From positions 256,001 through 320,000 of the forward strand of contig JAEOSU010000072.1 in NCBI GenBank assembly GCA_016840165.1: a DNA stretch of 64,000 bases, read 5' to 3'. The position numbers and the translations under genes are program-made. This document shows, piece by piece, positions 9,033 to 19,172 of the stretch; the first letter of the stretch is position 1, and the number at the start of each line of letters is the position of its first letter. Source of the DNA: Promethearchaeota archaeon. Its GTDB lineage: Archaea; Asgardarchaeota; Lokiarchaeia; Sigyniarchaeales; SOKP01. The notes under the pieces were generated by a model. It was not told the DNA's origin, ran no database searches, and saw nothing but the letters and a program-made list of their open reading frames with translations.

Positions 9033-10235
9033 ATGGAAAATGTAAGGAATAAAATTGAAAAATATCTTGATTCAGAATCGAGAATAATCTCTACCACAAT
9101 TATTGAAGAGAGAAATAAAATAGTATACACTTCAGATAATTGGGACATATCTGATGATTTAGACTCAATCAATTCCTTATGGGAGTTAGAGAAGCATGGA
9201 GAATTGATAGTTAATAAAATTAAATATAAAATTATACAAATGTCCTCTGAAAAATTAGTGGCTATGAATTTGGAAGGTAAAGGGAGTCTTATTGGTTTTA
9301 AAGATGATGAACGTAGAATTATCTCTAGAGTGGAACCAGGTGATGCTGCTTTTATAGGGTTAATGGAATCTTCGAGGACATTGGGAAGGCTTCGTAAAAA
9401 GGATCCTTATCTCGATCCTAATACTAAGTTAGGTAAAATAAACGATGTTATATGGGCAACACCAAAAGTGTTACTTAATGACACCTATAATTTACAGAGA
9501 TTAGGATTATTAAAAGTTGGATTAACCCTGGATGAGGCAAAAGTCTATTTAGCTTTACTACAAAGTGGTGAAGATGGAGAAAAAGTTGGAAATCTAAATA
9601 AACAATTGGAAATAAAGAGAACAACAATATACCGAATAATAGATCGATTAATAAACAAGGGATGGGTATATAAGTTAATGGAAAGACCAACAGGTACAAC
9701 ATTATATATAGCTAAGCCACTAAATGAATTTATCGATGACATTATCGAGGAAAAAGAAGAAGAACTAAGAATACTAAAGAGCTTCCGATTTGTGATGGGA
9801 GAAAGTTCAGAAAATGGTTGGATTGACTTTTCCAGAGAGAATGATACATTGGGATTGATTGGACTAGAGAAAGATTGTGGTCTGATTGTATTCGAATATG
9901 ATGAGATTGTTAAGGAAAAAGTGATTATTCAGGCTGCTTTACAATTATCCTATGAAAGATTAAAGAAACATTTACAACTGGATTCAAATGAAAAAAAAAA
10001 TATTAATCAGGACATTGAGGATATCAAAATTACGAATATTAATATAAATGAGTATTTTGGAGCTAATATGTATATTAGATTTAAAGAAGGGACAAAAAGC
10101 GCGAATAATGTGGGCAATGACTGGATTTTATTGACAAAACATGTCGCGATTCCTATTGAAGATAAAATTTATGTAATTTGGGGTTCTGAGGAAAAATTTC
10201 CAATATTATTAAGCATAATTTTAAAGATAAGATAA
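9033..10235 (+). CDS. Profilin-like domain fused to TrmB-type wHTH and an unknown C-terminal domain
   Basis: aa 1-120 match the Loki profilin pattern (IVYTSDNWDISDDL, IKYKII..SSEKLVAMNLEGKGSLI). aa 160-250 match TrmB (GLTLDEAKVYLALL, IKRTTIYRIIDRLINKGWV, YIAKP) followed by a coiled coil. Confidence 0.8.
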   Translation: MENVRNKIEKYLDSESRIISTTIIEERNKIVYTSDNWDISDDLDSINSLWELEKHGELIVNKIKYKIIQMSSEKLVAMNLEGKGSLIGFKDDERRIISRVEPGDAAFIGLMESSRTLGRLRKKDPYLDPNTKLGKINDVIWATPKVLLNDTYNLQRLGLLKVGLTLDEAKVYLALLQSGEDGEKVGNLNKQLEIKRTTIYRIIDRLINKGWVYKLMERPTGTTLYIAKPLNEFIDDIIEEKEEELRILKSFRFVMGESSENGWIDFSRENDTLGLIGLEKDCGLIVFEYDEIVKEKVIIQAALQLSYERLKKHLQLDSNEKKNINQDIEDIKITNININEYFGANMYIRFKEGTKSANNVGNDWILLTKHVAIPIEDKIYVIWGSEEKFPILLSIILKIR

Positions 10236-10700
10236 CTAAAAAATAAGGATTTCAGGATGCTTTTTCGCTTCCTCATAGATAGGTCCCGAAGTAATAAACC
10301 CAAGAGCTAAACCACTACCTCTTGCAACTAAAAGTTTTTTATTTATCTTAATATTGAAAGCATCTAGCAAATTTTCTGTTAGCTTAATAGATTTCTCCTT
10401 CTTTATATTTACCCAAGAGAATATCCTGTTATTAATTTTTTTTATCGCTCCCTCATTTATCTTATAATTTAATAAATCAGGGTATTTGGTTAATAAATTT
10501 CCTATTGGTGTGTCTGCTAAAAGACGTTTAGAACTCAATCCAAAGCCACCTGATTTTTTACTCCCAGACATTAGAATGGCTTTTTCATCATTAATGAAAC
10601 CATATTCCAAGTAAGCTTCATCAGGTATGAATATATCTCTATTAATTCTAACTATTGTCCATCCAAATACGTATTTTCCACCTTTAACAAGTTGAGGCAT
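10236..10700 (-). CDS. Conserved hypothetical protein, tandem AbrB/SpoVT-like
   Basis: MPQLVKGGKYVFGW...IFIPDEAY.EYGF and a second half IKLTENLLDAFNI...LLVARGSGLALGF. Confidence 0.55.
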   Translation of the reverse strand: MPQLVKGGKYVFGWTIVRINRDIFIPDEAYLEYGFINDEKAILMSGSKKSGGFGLSSKRLLADTPIGNLLTKYPDLLNYKINEGAIKKINNRIFSWVNIKKEKSIKLTENLLDAFNIKINKKLLVARGSGLALGFITSGPIYEEAKKHPEILIF

Positions 10701-10755
10701 AAAATTATATCTCTTATATATTTAGTTTTCAATTTATTATATTAATTTACCAGAG

Positions 10756-13700
10756 TTAGTATTTCAATTCTACCCAATTTTCCAACTCAAGATAAAGCTT
10801 TTTTAGATTGTTAATTTGATCATCATTCGCTTCCCAATAACCCCTATTATTCGCTTGAAGCATATTTTTTATGATGTCCATCATCGCAAAACGGTTATTT
10901 TCTTCTAATAAATCTCTCAACTCTGCATTTTCTATGTATTGATCATAAGCTTTATCCCAAATCCAGTTATCTACTTTATGTGTCGTGGCAGATAGCCCTA
11001 GAAAATTCTCCACACGCTCTGCAACTTTTTGCCCACCATGGTATTTATGCTTTAGGAGAGTTTTAATCCACTTAGGGTTTAATGAACGAGTTATTGCTCC
11101 TTCCTTGATGCTCTCTTCAAGGCGTTGTACTTTTATTTTTTTAGAAGAAGAATCTGCGATATAAATATTTGCTTCCTTCCCACTTAGTTCCTTATAAGTA
11201 CGTGCTAAACCACCAGTGAATTCATAGTAATGATCTAAGTCTGTAATAGAATATTCGCTCGAATCGCGAATTTGACTCATGATTTCAACTTCATTAATAG
11301 TTTGAGAAAAATTTTCAACCAACTGCTTTACTTTTTGGTTTTTCATATAAGCAAAACTCATGTTTCTTATATAATCCTCCGCTAATTCTTTTTCATCTCC
11401 CCATTTTCCAGCAGAGATAATCTCAGTTAAATTGGTATTGTATTTGCCTGGAGGTGGACCAAACACTCGAGCTTTCGCATTCTCTAATCCTTTTTGTTGC
11501 ATTGTTAAGACTGATTTCTTTACGAAGTTCTGATTAACATCCTCATCTAATTCTGCTACTAATTCTATTGCTTTATTGATTAACTCTAAATGATAGGGAA
11601 AAGTATCACGAAAAATTCCGCATATTGTGATAAGAACATTTATTCGTGGATGCAGCATCTCCTCTAAAGGTATAACTTCTAATTCAGTAGTCCAGATGGA
11701 TTTATTCTTGACGGGTCTTACACCTAAATAATTAAAGATCTGACCTATAGTCTCTCCTCCAGTTTTCATGGTTTCAAAAGCCCAAAGCACAACACTCACG
11801 GACTTGGGCCATTCTTTATTATTATTTTGATAATCTTGGAGGAGTTTTTCTGCTATCTCATTACCACGAGTTAATGCTGTCGAATTAGGAATGAGCCGGG
11901 GGTCAAATCCATAAGAATTTTTCCCAGTTGGAAAAATATGTGGTGAACGAATAGGATCACCCCCTAACCCTGGTTCAATATATCCACCTTCCAAAGCATG
12001 GATAATATTATCCAATTCTAACGTATCATCGATTTTAAATATTAACTCTCGCATCCAATCAATCGTATACTCTATTAAGTCATCCTTGGTGTCAATGTAA
12101 GAAGTCAATTCATTTTTAATATCATTAAAGGACTTGTCTAAAGATAAAAATTCATAAGATTCATCTATAAATCTATCAAGCAATTCAGTGTCAAGAATAT
12201 GATTATCAATTTTGAAATAGAATAAAAAATCTTCTATATATGAGGGTTTCTCCGTAGAATGAAGGATAATGTTTTTTAGAAGATCTTTTTTCTGATCATC
12301 TGTATAGTGAATTCCTAAAGAATGCAATCCCATAGGAATTATTTCTTGTTTGTAATTATAGAGTTTATCCTCTAATTCAGAAATAGTACTATATTCAATA
12401 TTCATTTGCTTAGCCAATTCTCTGATCTCCTGACTTAAGTCACCAATCCTAACATCATTTTGTTCGAATTTAGGATTATTTTCTGAATTAAAGGAGATTC
12501 TTTGATATTCAGAGATTAATTCTTCTAATTTCTCAAATTCATCATAAAGACCCGATTCTTGAAATGTGGGTCCCGCATGGTTAATAATAAGTGCATTCCC
12601 TCTTCTCTTGGCAATCGCAGACTCACTAGTATTAGTTATGTGATAATAATATATATTGGGAAGAGTTCCTATTAATTTCAAATTAAAGTCATGAATCCAG
12701 CCAGCACATTCTTTCCCCGGGAGAAATTCTTCAGTTCCATGAGTTCCTACATGGATTAGGACATCGACGTCTAAATTCTTTTCAAGATAATGATAGAAAG
12801 CTAAATATTGATGGTGAGGGGGCAAATTTTTATCATGGTATTCATTACTATCTCCCGAAACTCTACTTCTTGATGGTTGGATACAGAGATATATATTACC
12901 AAAAGAAATTATTGGCAATCTAATATGAGAATTAGCAAGCATTATATCTCCCGGTGGTTCACCCCAAAATTGAATAACTTCTTGTTGTTGCTCTAAAGGA
13001 AGAGTATGAAAGTAATGAATATAATCTTGAAGATTTAGCTCTGCACCTTTGTAATCCTTAACATTAGTATATTTTGGTAAATTTACTACCCCATAATTCA
13101 CTAATAATTCCATAAGATTATGTTCAATAGAAAAATCTTCGATGTAATATCCTTCCTGAATCATTTTTGTTATTAATTGCTTAATTGATTCTGAAACGTC
13201 TAGATATGCAGCATTTCCAATTTTATCTTCTCCTGGAGGGTAATTATATACAATAATCGCGATTTTTTTGTCTTGATTTTTTTTTATTCTTAGTTGCAGC
13301 CATTTTTTAATTCTTTCGCAATATAATGCAATACTTTCTTCTAATGGTTTGACTTCAAGAATATTAGAATTTATTTTCTCCGAAAAACCTAAATCCTCAA
13401 GTAACCCAACAGTAGTCATTTCTATTCGACCATCTAATTCAGGCATGACTATGGCTATAACTTGATTGATAGGAATAATGCCCTCCTTTGATTTAAAGTA
13501 CTCTTCAAATGTAATATCATATTGAATAATTGGATTAAATTGGGGAATATCCATTTTCTTAAATAAATCGAGAGTAGTTATACCATTACCACCAAAGGGT
13601 CCACCATTCAATTGAAAATATTGAAGATTAATAACTGCACTGACTAAACATCTTCCATTGGTAAAGAATAAGGTTTCATAAGCATCAATATTTGTTAATA

Positions 13701-14565
13701 CATCAGAAAAAATGGGAAGTAAATTGAATTCGGATAAGTTCCTCATAAATTCTTTCACGATAGGAAGAGATTGTTCAAAATACAAACCTCCATAATAAAA
13801 TATACCAACAGTTTGTTTTTTGGGGTCATAATTAATTTTTTGAAAATATTCTTCAGAAGTTTGAAAATATTCGCTTAGGAGGGGATCGTAAATACCATAT
13901 GGTGGAATTTTTTTTGGTTTCTCAACTTGAAGGTTCTTATATCCAAGATAGTGTTTTAAAAGGAAGAGTATCATATTTTTATGGTTTACCGCAATACCAC
14001 CTAAACCATGTACCCAGTAATCCATCATCATAACCCAATATCGAGCATGTCTTAAAGTCTTTACAGGAAAAACTTTACCTAAAAAACCTAAGAATTTCGT
14101 CATTCTTTGACCAAATCGTACTGCTTTGGTCAAATCAGGAATTTCATCGATATTGTATCCATCACTACTTGGGGAGGGAATTTTTCGTGCTTGAAATGAT
14201 CCCATTTTAGTTAGACCTCTTATTTCACTATTCCCCCCGACTAACGCAACAATTTCTTTAGTTTCAAATAAATTAGGATTTTCTTCCTCCATCTTTCTAT
14301 AAGTTTTAACCAAGATTTCAACTGTAGGAGAATTTCCACGAATATCTAATAACATTATATCAGATTTATAGATGGAGGTAATTAATTCCTCTTCTGGAAT
14401 CTTTCCAGAGTCCAAATCATTTAAGAAATAAATTTTAAATTCGAAAAGTTTACCTAATTCTTTATATAGTTCATCAATTGCTTCAGTTAACCACTTTAAA
14501 AAAACAGACGTTGTAATTAAGGATATTTGAGGCAATTGTTTAGTATTTGGATTCGTTGAATTCAT
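10756..14565 (-). CDS. Cobaltochelatase CobN / Mg-chelatase H family subunit
   Basis: PELDGRIE, YNYPPG, PPHHQYLAFY, HVGTHGTEEFLPGK, PTGKN..GFDP and DLDHYYEF. Confidence 0.9.
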   Translation of the reverse strand: MNSTNPNTKQLPQISLITTSVFLKWLTEAIDELYKELGKLFEFKIYFLNDLDSGKIPEEELITSIYKSDIMLLDIRGNSPTVEILVKTYRKMEEENPNLFETKEIVALVGGNSEIRGLTKMGSFQARKIPSPSSDGYNIDEIPDLTKAVRFGQRMTKFLGFLGKVFPVKTLRHARYWVMMMDYWVHGLGGIAVNHKNMILFLLKHYLGYKNLQVEKPKKIPPYGIYDPLLSEYFQTSEEYFQKINYDPKKQTVGIFYYGGLYFEQSLPIVKEFMRNLSEFNLLPIFSDVLTNIDAYETLFFTNGRCLVSAVINLQYFQLNGGPFGGNGITTLDLFKKMDIPQFNPIIQYDITFEEYFKSKEGIIPINQVIAIVMPELDGRIEMTTVGLLEDLGFSEKINSNILEVKPLEESIALYCERIKKWLQLRIKKNQDKKIAIIVYNYPPGEDKIGNAAYLDVSESIKQLITKMIQEGYYIEDFSIEHNLMELLVNYGVVNLPKYTNVKDYKGAELNLQDYIHYFHTLPLEQQQEVIQFWGEPPGDIMLANSHIRLPIISFGNIYLCIQPSRSRVSGDSNEYHDKNLPPHHQYLAFYHYLEKNLDVDVLIHVGTHGTEEFLPGKECAGWIHDFNLKLIGTLPNIYYYHITNTSESAIAKRRGNALIINHAGPTFQESGLYDEFEKLEELISEYQRISFNSENNPKFEQNDVRIGDLSQEIRELAKQMNIEYSTISELEDKLYNYKQEIIPMGLHSLGIHYTDDQKKDLLKNIILHSTEKPSYIEDFLFYFKIDNHILDTELLDRFIDESYEFLSLDKSFNDIKNELTSYIDTKDDLIEYTIDWMRELIFKIDDTLELDNIIHALEGGYIEPGLGGDPIRSPHIFPTGKNSYGFDPRLIPNSTALTRGNEIAEKLLQDYQNNNKEWPKSVSVVLWAFETMKTGGETIGQIFNYLGVRPVKNKSIWTTELEVIPLEEMLHPRINVLITICGIFRDTFPYHLELINKAIELVAELDEDVNQNFVKKSVLTMQQKGLENAKARVFGPPPGKYNTNLTEIISAGKWGDEKELAEDYIRNMSFAYMKNQKVKQLVENFSQTINEVEIMSQIRDSSEYSITDLDHYYEFTGGLARTYKELSGKEANIYIADSSSKKIKVQRLEESIKEGAITRSLNPKWIKTLLKHKYHGGQKVAERVENFLGLSATTHKVDNWIWDKAYDQYIENAELRDLLEENNRFAMMDIIKNMLQANNRGYWEANDDQINNLKKLYLELENWVELKY

Positions 14566-14567
14566 TA

Positions 14568-16547
14568 TTATTCACGCTTATTATGAACTAATCCTTCACT
14601 TTCCAACACACTACTCACGTTTTCTTGATTCATGTTGCTTATGTGATAGTACAATGCATTGGACGCTTCTGCAAATTTTTTATTGATTCCAAGTTTCACA
14701 TCTGTCGCTTCCGTATCAATTATTATCATATCGATGCCATTTTTTGTTATTTCCTTGCCAATATTCATTATATCTTTAATTGGATCTTTAAAAAATACAT
14801 TTCCTCGGGCATCAGAAATAAGAATAATCAATGGGATATATCCTGTACTCTTTCTCTTTTCTTCAAGAGCAATATTTAAGGCTTTACTTAAACCTGTGAC
14901 CAATGGGGTTGTACCCCCCGTTGGGACCTCTTTTAATAACTTATATGCTAAATCAGTACTTCTTGTTGGAGGTAGAATTACTTCAGCATCATCTCCTCGG
15001 AAAACCACCAAAGATACTTTATCACGGTATACATAATTAGATTGGAGTAGAGAAAAAATTACCCCTTTTACAGCTTGCATTCTATCGTTTGCACCCATTG
15101 AACCGGAAGCGTCGACACAAAAAATAATTAAGTAGCTAGATTTCCCAATCCTTCTTTTAACGTGTATATGCTCTTCTCTAACTTTTAATTTGTCACCATT
15201 TTTAACTGCTTCTTTATTCTCAGATTCTAATGCTGCTGTGTTAAGAGTTTGTAATACTGCGATGTCTGCAGAACTTGTAAAATTGAAATTTTTAGGCTTT
15301 TGACCACTAATATATTTTCCTTTCTTATCTTGGGTAGGATGGAGTAATCTTTGTCCGGAAGTATTCATTTGCTTTTTCATTCTTTTCTTTTCCAAAACTC
15401 TATCTGCATTAATGGATGTATCGATGTCAAAAGTTCGTTCTTTTATATTATTAATCATTTTTTCATTAATTTCCTTTGAATCAGGGGGAAGAGTAGCTTG
15501 TTCTTCTAGTTGCTGCTCCTCATTAAACATCTTATCGATTTCCTCTTCATCGATAACATTTTCTTCAAAGGGAAGTTTTCTTAAACGGTGAGCTAAAGCT
15601 AACTTAGCTGCAATTTTAATGTCATCATCAACTACTTCTTTCCTTCCATTAAAGGCCGCAATTGTTTTAGCAGTTATGTTAATGGTAATATCTGCGCGAT
15701 GACTATCAATCTCTAATTGTACAGAAAGTTGAGCGATTTTCTTTAGTTGCTCTTCTGAAATTTGAACATTATCAATAATTTTGCGAGCATTCACAATTTT
15801 TTCTCTCAAAATTTTTTGCTCATGCTCGAATCTATCGTGGAACTCATGAGGATCAATGTGATATTGCTCAGAATATTTAATTATTAGAACGCGCTTATCA
15901 ATATCTAATATTGGTTTTGCTTCTACACTTAGACCAAATCGATCTAAAAGCTGGGGTCGTAAATTTCCTTCTTCGGGATTCATTGTTCCAACTAAAATAA
16001 AGTTGGAGGGATGATGAATACTTATTCCTTCACGTTCAATTATGTTTATCCCCATGGCGGCACTGTCTAATAACACATCTGCAACATTATCCGCAAGCAA
16101 GTTAACTTCGTCAATATAGAGAATATTCCTATTCGCTTCAGCTAAAATTCCTGGTTCAAGAGCTTTTAATCCCTCTTCTAAAGCTTTTTTTATATCTATA
16201 GTTCCAACCACTCTATCTTCGGTTGCATTAATAGGGAGATTGATTACTCTCATCTTTCGTGATTCTATGTCACTTTCATCTAATTTATTTTCGATAATTT
16301 TATGTTGACACGCATGACATGATTCTTTTAAATTATCAGGATTACAATTGAAAGGACAATCTTTAATAATTTTGATTTCGGGGAGTAAATCTGCCAATGC
16401 TCTGACTGCAGTTGATTTTGCTGTTCCTTTCGTTCCTTTAATTAGTACACCTCCAATTTTAGGATTGATCGCATTTAAAATCAGCGCAAGTTTCATTAAA
16501 TCTTGTCCTACTATTGCAGTAAAAGGATATGTTTTAAAGTGAGTCAT
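14568..16547 (-). CDS. Chelatase ChlI/ChlD-type AAA+ subunit with C-terminal VWA
   Basis: [43 protein letters not shown], an acidic linker and MIDAS motif DASGSM. Confidence 0.92.
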   Translation of the reverse strand: MTHFKTYPFTAIVGQDLMKLALILNAINPKIGGVLIKGTKGTAKSTAVRALADLLPEIKIIKDCPFNCNPDNLKESCHACQHKIIENKLDESDIESRKMRVINLPINATEDRVVGTIDIKKALEEGLKALEPGILAEANRNILYIDEVNLLADNVADVLLDSAAMGINIIEREGISIHHPSNFILVGTMNPEEGNLRPQLLDRFGLSVEAKPILDIDKRVLIIKYSEQYHIDPHEFHDRFEHEQKILREKIVNARKIIDNVQISEEQLKKIAQLSVQLEIDSHRADITINITAKTIAAFNGRKEVVDDDIKIAAKLALAHRLRKLPFEENVIDEEEIDKMFNEEQQLEEQATLPPDSKEINEKMINNIKERTFDIDTSINADRVLEKKRMKKQMNTSGQRLLHPTQDKKGKYISGQKPKNFNFTSSADIAVLQTLNTAALESENKEAVKNGDKLKVREEHIHVKRRIGKSSYLIIFCVDASGSMGANDRMQAVKGVIFSLLQSNYVYRDKVSLVVFRGDDAEVILPPTRSTDLAYKLLKEVPTGGTTPLVTGLSKALNIALEEKRKSTGYIPLIILISDARGNVFFKDPIKDIMNIGKEITKNGIDMIIIDTEATDVKLGINKKFAEASNALYYHISNMNQENVSSVLESEGLVHNKRE

Positions 16548-16669
16548 TTTTAATCGTTTTGACTTATAGATTCAAACTTAATATTTTTTTATTATTTTTT
16601 CATACTCTATAAAAATTAGCAAATAATCGTTAAAAAAATTACTTTTTTTAAAATATAATTTTACATAAT

Positions 16670-17275
16670 CTATGTTCTTTCCATCTTCAGCTCATTTTTG
16701 AGCTCTTGATAAAATCGATCTATAATCTCATGTCGTTTTTGAGCAAACTCTTTTGATATATCTAAAAAAAGTTGTTCTATTAGTATCAGAATCTTATTCT
16801 CAAGATGCTTAAGGACATCTTGAATCGTTCCATCCATTCTTGTTGTATAACCTATGGTTCTATATAAACCAATCGCTCCGAGGGCATCTAATTTATCCAC
16901 ATCTGACAAAATTTTAGCTTCGAGGGTTTTTGGGAGTTTCTGACTTGAAAAGGAGTGAGCATGAATACAATGAATTATATTCTCAAAGTCAGTTTTGATA
17001 AATATAAAATCTATAGTTTGAAGGTATTTTGATGCTAAATTTGCCGAAATCTCAGCATGATTTTTATTTCTATGTTTAAAATCCTCAGAAAATCTGCCAA
17101 TATCATGTAAAAGGGCAGCAATTTCTAAGACAAACAAGTTTGCACCCAACTTTTTGCCAATTTCGATGCACATATGATGCACACGTTCAGTATGACCATA
17201 ACCGTGAATATCATCATAAGGAATGTGTTTAAGAGTATAGTTCTTAATCTCTTCTAAGAGTTCTTGTTGATTCAT
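16670..17275 (-). CDS. HD-domain phosphohydrolase
   Basis: HGYGHTERV, ALLHDIGR and DVDKLDALGAIG. Confidence 0.88.
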   Translation of the reverse strand: MNQQELLEEIKNYTLKHIPYDDIHGYGHTERVHHMCIEIGKKLGANLFVLEIAALLHDIGRFSEDFKHRNKNHAEISANLASKYLQTIDFIFIKTDFENIIHCIHAHSFSSQKLPKTLEAKILSDVDKLDALGAIGLYRTIGYTTRMDGTIQDVLKHLENKILILIEQLFLDISKEFAQKRHEIIDRFYQELKNELKMERT

Positions 17276-17383
17276 TGATCTTAATTAGTAAATTGTTAAT
17301 CAATTTGAATAGTTAATATAAAAAATAAAAGTAAAATAGATTAAATAAAGCTAGAATTTATTTTTAATCTTAAAAGAAATGGT

Positions 17384-19069
17384 TTAAACTTCTTCTCCTC
17401 TTCTTCTCGCTTCTATCTCCTTAAGATCTTTCCTTAAAACTTTACCTACTAATGTTTCAGGAAGTTCTTTTCTAAATTCTATGAATTTAGGAATTTTATA
17501 AGGTGCTAAGACTTGACGGCAAAATTCCTTTATCTCTGCCTTCATTTCATCAGATTCTTTATACCCATCCTTAAGTACAATATAGGCTTTCACTTTTTCG
17601 CTCCCAGGAAGGTTGGGATCGGGAAGTCCAATAACTGCTGCGTTCTCTATAGCTTCATTTTCAAATAGGACATCTTCAAGTTCTCTTGGATATACCTTGA
17701 ATCCACTAACATTTATCATGTCTTTCTTTCTGTCAACAATGTAGAAATATCCGTCCTCGTCCATTTTAGCAATGTCTCCAGTCAATAACCAACGATTTTT
17801 AATCTGGTTATCAGTTTCATCTGGTTTATTCCAATATCCTTTCATTACTTGAGGTCCCTTTATAATAATTTCTCCAGCTTCTCCAAGAGGAACAGATTGA
17901 GTATAATCATCAATTTTAACAATTTTAACCTCAGTGTCGGGAATTGGCATACCCACAGAACCTACTTTTCGTTCTCCCTTAAATGGATTAGTATGGGTAA
18001 CCGGTGAGGATTCAGTCATTCCATATCCCTCAAGAATTATTGCCCCAGTTCTTTCTTCAAATTCTTTCAATACTTCAGGAGGCATAGGTGCCGCACCAGT
18101 ATTACAAACCCGAATAGATCTTAAATCTTTCGCATAATCTTCAAGATCATCCCTTTCTAATAATCGCATATACATTGTAGGAACTCCAGGAAACATCGTT
18201 GCATTTGTAGTTTTAATTATTTCGAAGAGAGACTTTTGATCCCGAGGATCTGGGTTAAGTGCGATAGTAGAGCCTATTAATACATGCAGATTCATACACA
18301 CGGTTTGTCCATATATATGAAAAAGTGGAAGATTTGTTAGAATGGTTTCCTTTCCCTCTCGTAATTCACCTACTCCCCATACATTGACAGCAACTGCATT
18401 TGATACAAGATTGTAATGAGTGAGCATCGCGCCTTTAGGTAAACCAGTAGTTCCACCTGTATATTGTAAGCATGCTATATCTTCTTTAGCGTTAGTTGTA
18501 AAAGCTGGGGGATTTGGTTTAGTTTCGTCAATTAGGTTTAATAACTGTTTTGTACCGGATATTTCAGGCGGATTTCTTTTTGACATAGGAGAGTAATCTA
18601 GTACATTGGTAATTATTACGTGCCTTAATCGAGTTCTGTCTCTAATTTTACTGATTTTTTCAATTTGATTATCCCATGCAATTATAACTTCTGCTCCGGA
18701 ATCATTCAATTGGTAGGCCAACTCATGTTCTGTATGTAGAACACTACAAGCTGTGACTATCGCACCTGCTTTTAATATTCCATAATAACTTATAATAAAT
18801 TGAGGAAAATTTGGGATCATTATTGCCACGACATCCCCGTGTTTTACCCCGAGGTCTATTAAAGCAGTCGCCAATCTATCAGTAATATCATCTAATTTTT
18901 TATATGTAATTTTATTCTTCATAAACCAAATAGCAGTTCGGCCACCAAATTTATTTGCGGAATTCTTTAAGAATTCATATATATTAATCTCAGGATATTC
19001 AATGTGCGCTGGAACACCCTCATCATAGTTTTTTAACCATGGTTTTTGAGAATAAATATCTTCACTCAT
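17384..19069 (-). CDS. Long-chain fatty acid-CoA ligase (FadD-like)
   Basis: YTGGTTGLPKG, EGYGMTE, TGDIA, DRKKDMI and GKVLRK. Confidence 0.92.
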   Translation of the reverse strand: MSEDIYSQKPWLKNYDEGVPAHIEYPEINIYEFLKNSANKFGGRTAIWFMKNKITYKKLDDITDRLATALIDLGVKHGDVVAIMIPNFPQFIISYYGILKAGAIVTACSVLHTEHELAYQLNDSGAEVIIAWDNQIEKISKIRDRTRLRHVIITNVLDYSPMSKRNPPEISGTKQLLNLIDETKPNPPAFTTNAKEDIACLQYTGGTTGLPKGAMLTHYNLVSNAVAVNVWGVGELREGKETILTNLPLFHIYGQTVCMNLHVLIGSTIALNPDPRDQKSLFEIIKTTNATMFPGVPTMYMRLLERDDLEDYAKDLRSIRVCNTGAAPMPPEVLKEFEERTGAIILEGYGMTESSPVTHTNPFKGERKVGSVGMPIPDTEVKIVKIDDYTQSVPLGEAGEIIIKGPQVMKGYWNKPDETDNQIKNRWLLTGDIAKMDEDGYFYIVDRKKDMINVSGFKVYPRELEDVLFENEAIENAAVIGLPDPNLPGSEKVKAYIVLKDGYKESDEMKAEIKEFCRQVLAPYKIPKFIEFRKELPETLVGKVLRKDLKEIEARRRGEEV

Positions 19070-19172
19070 ATTTTATTCACTTTATATGTCTTTATTTTTA
19101 ATATAAAACGTATATTATCTTATTAATTTTATTTTAAATCAAAAAAAGATAAAAAGAAATTTTATTACTAAC

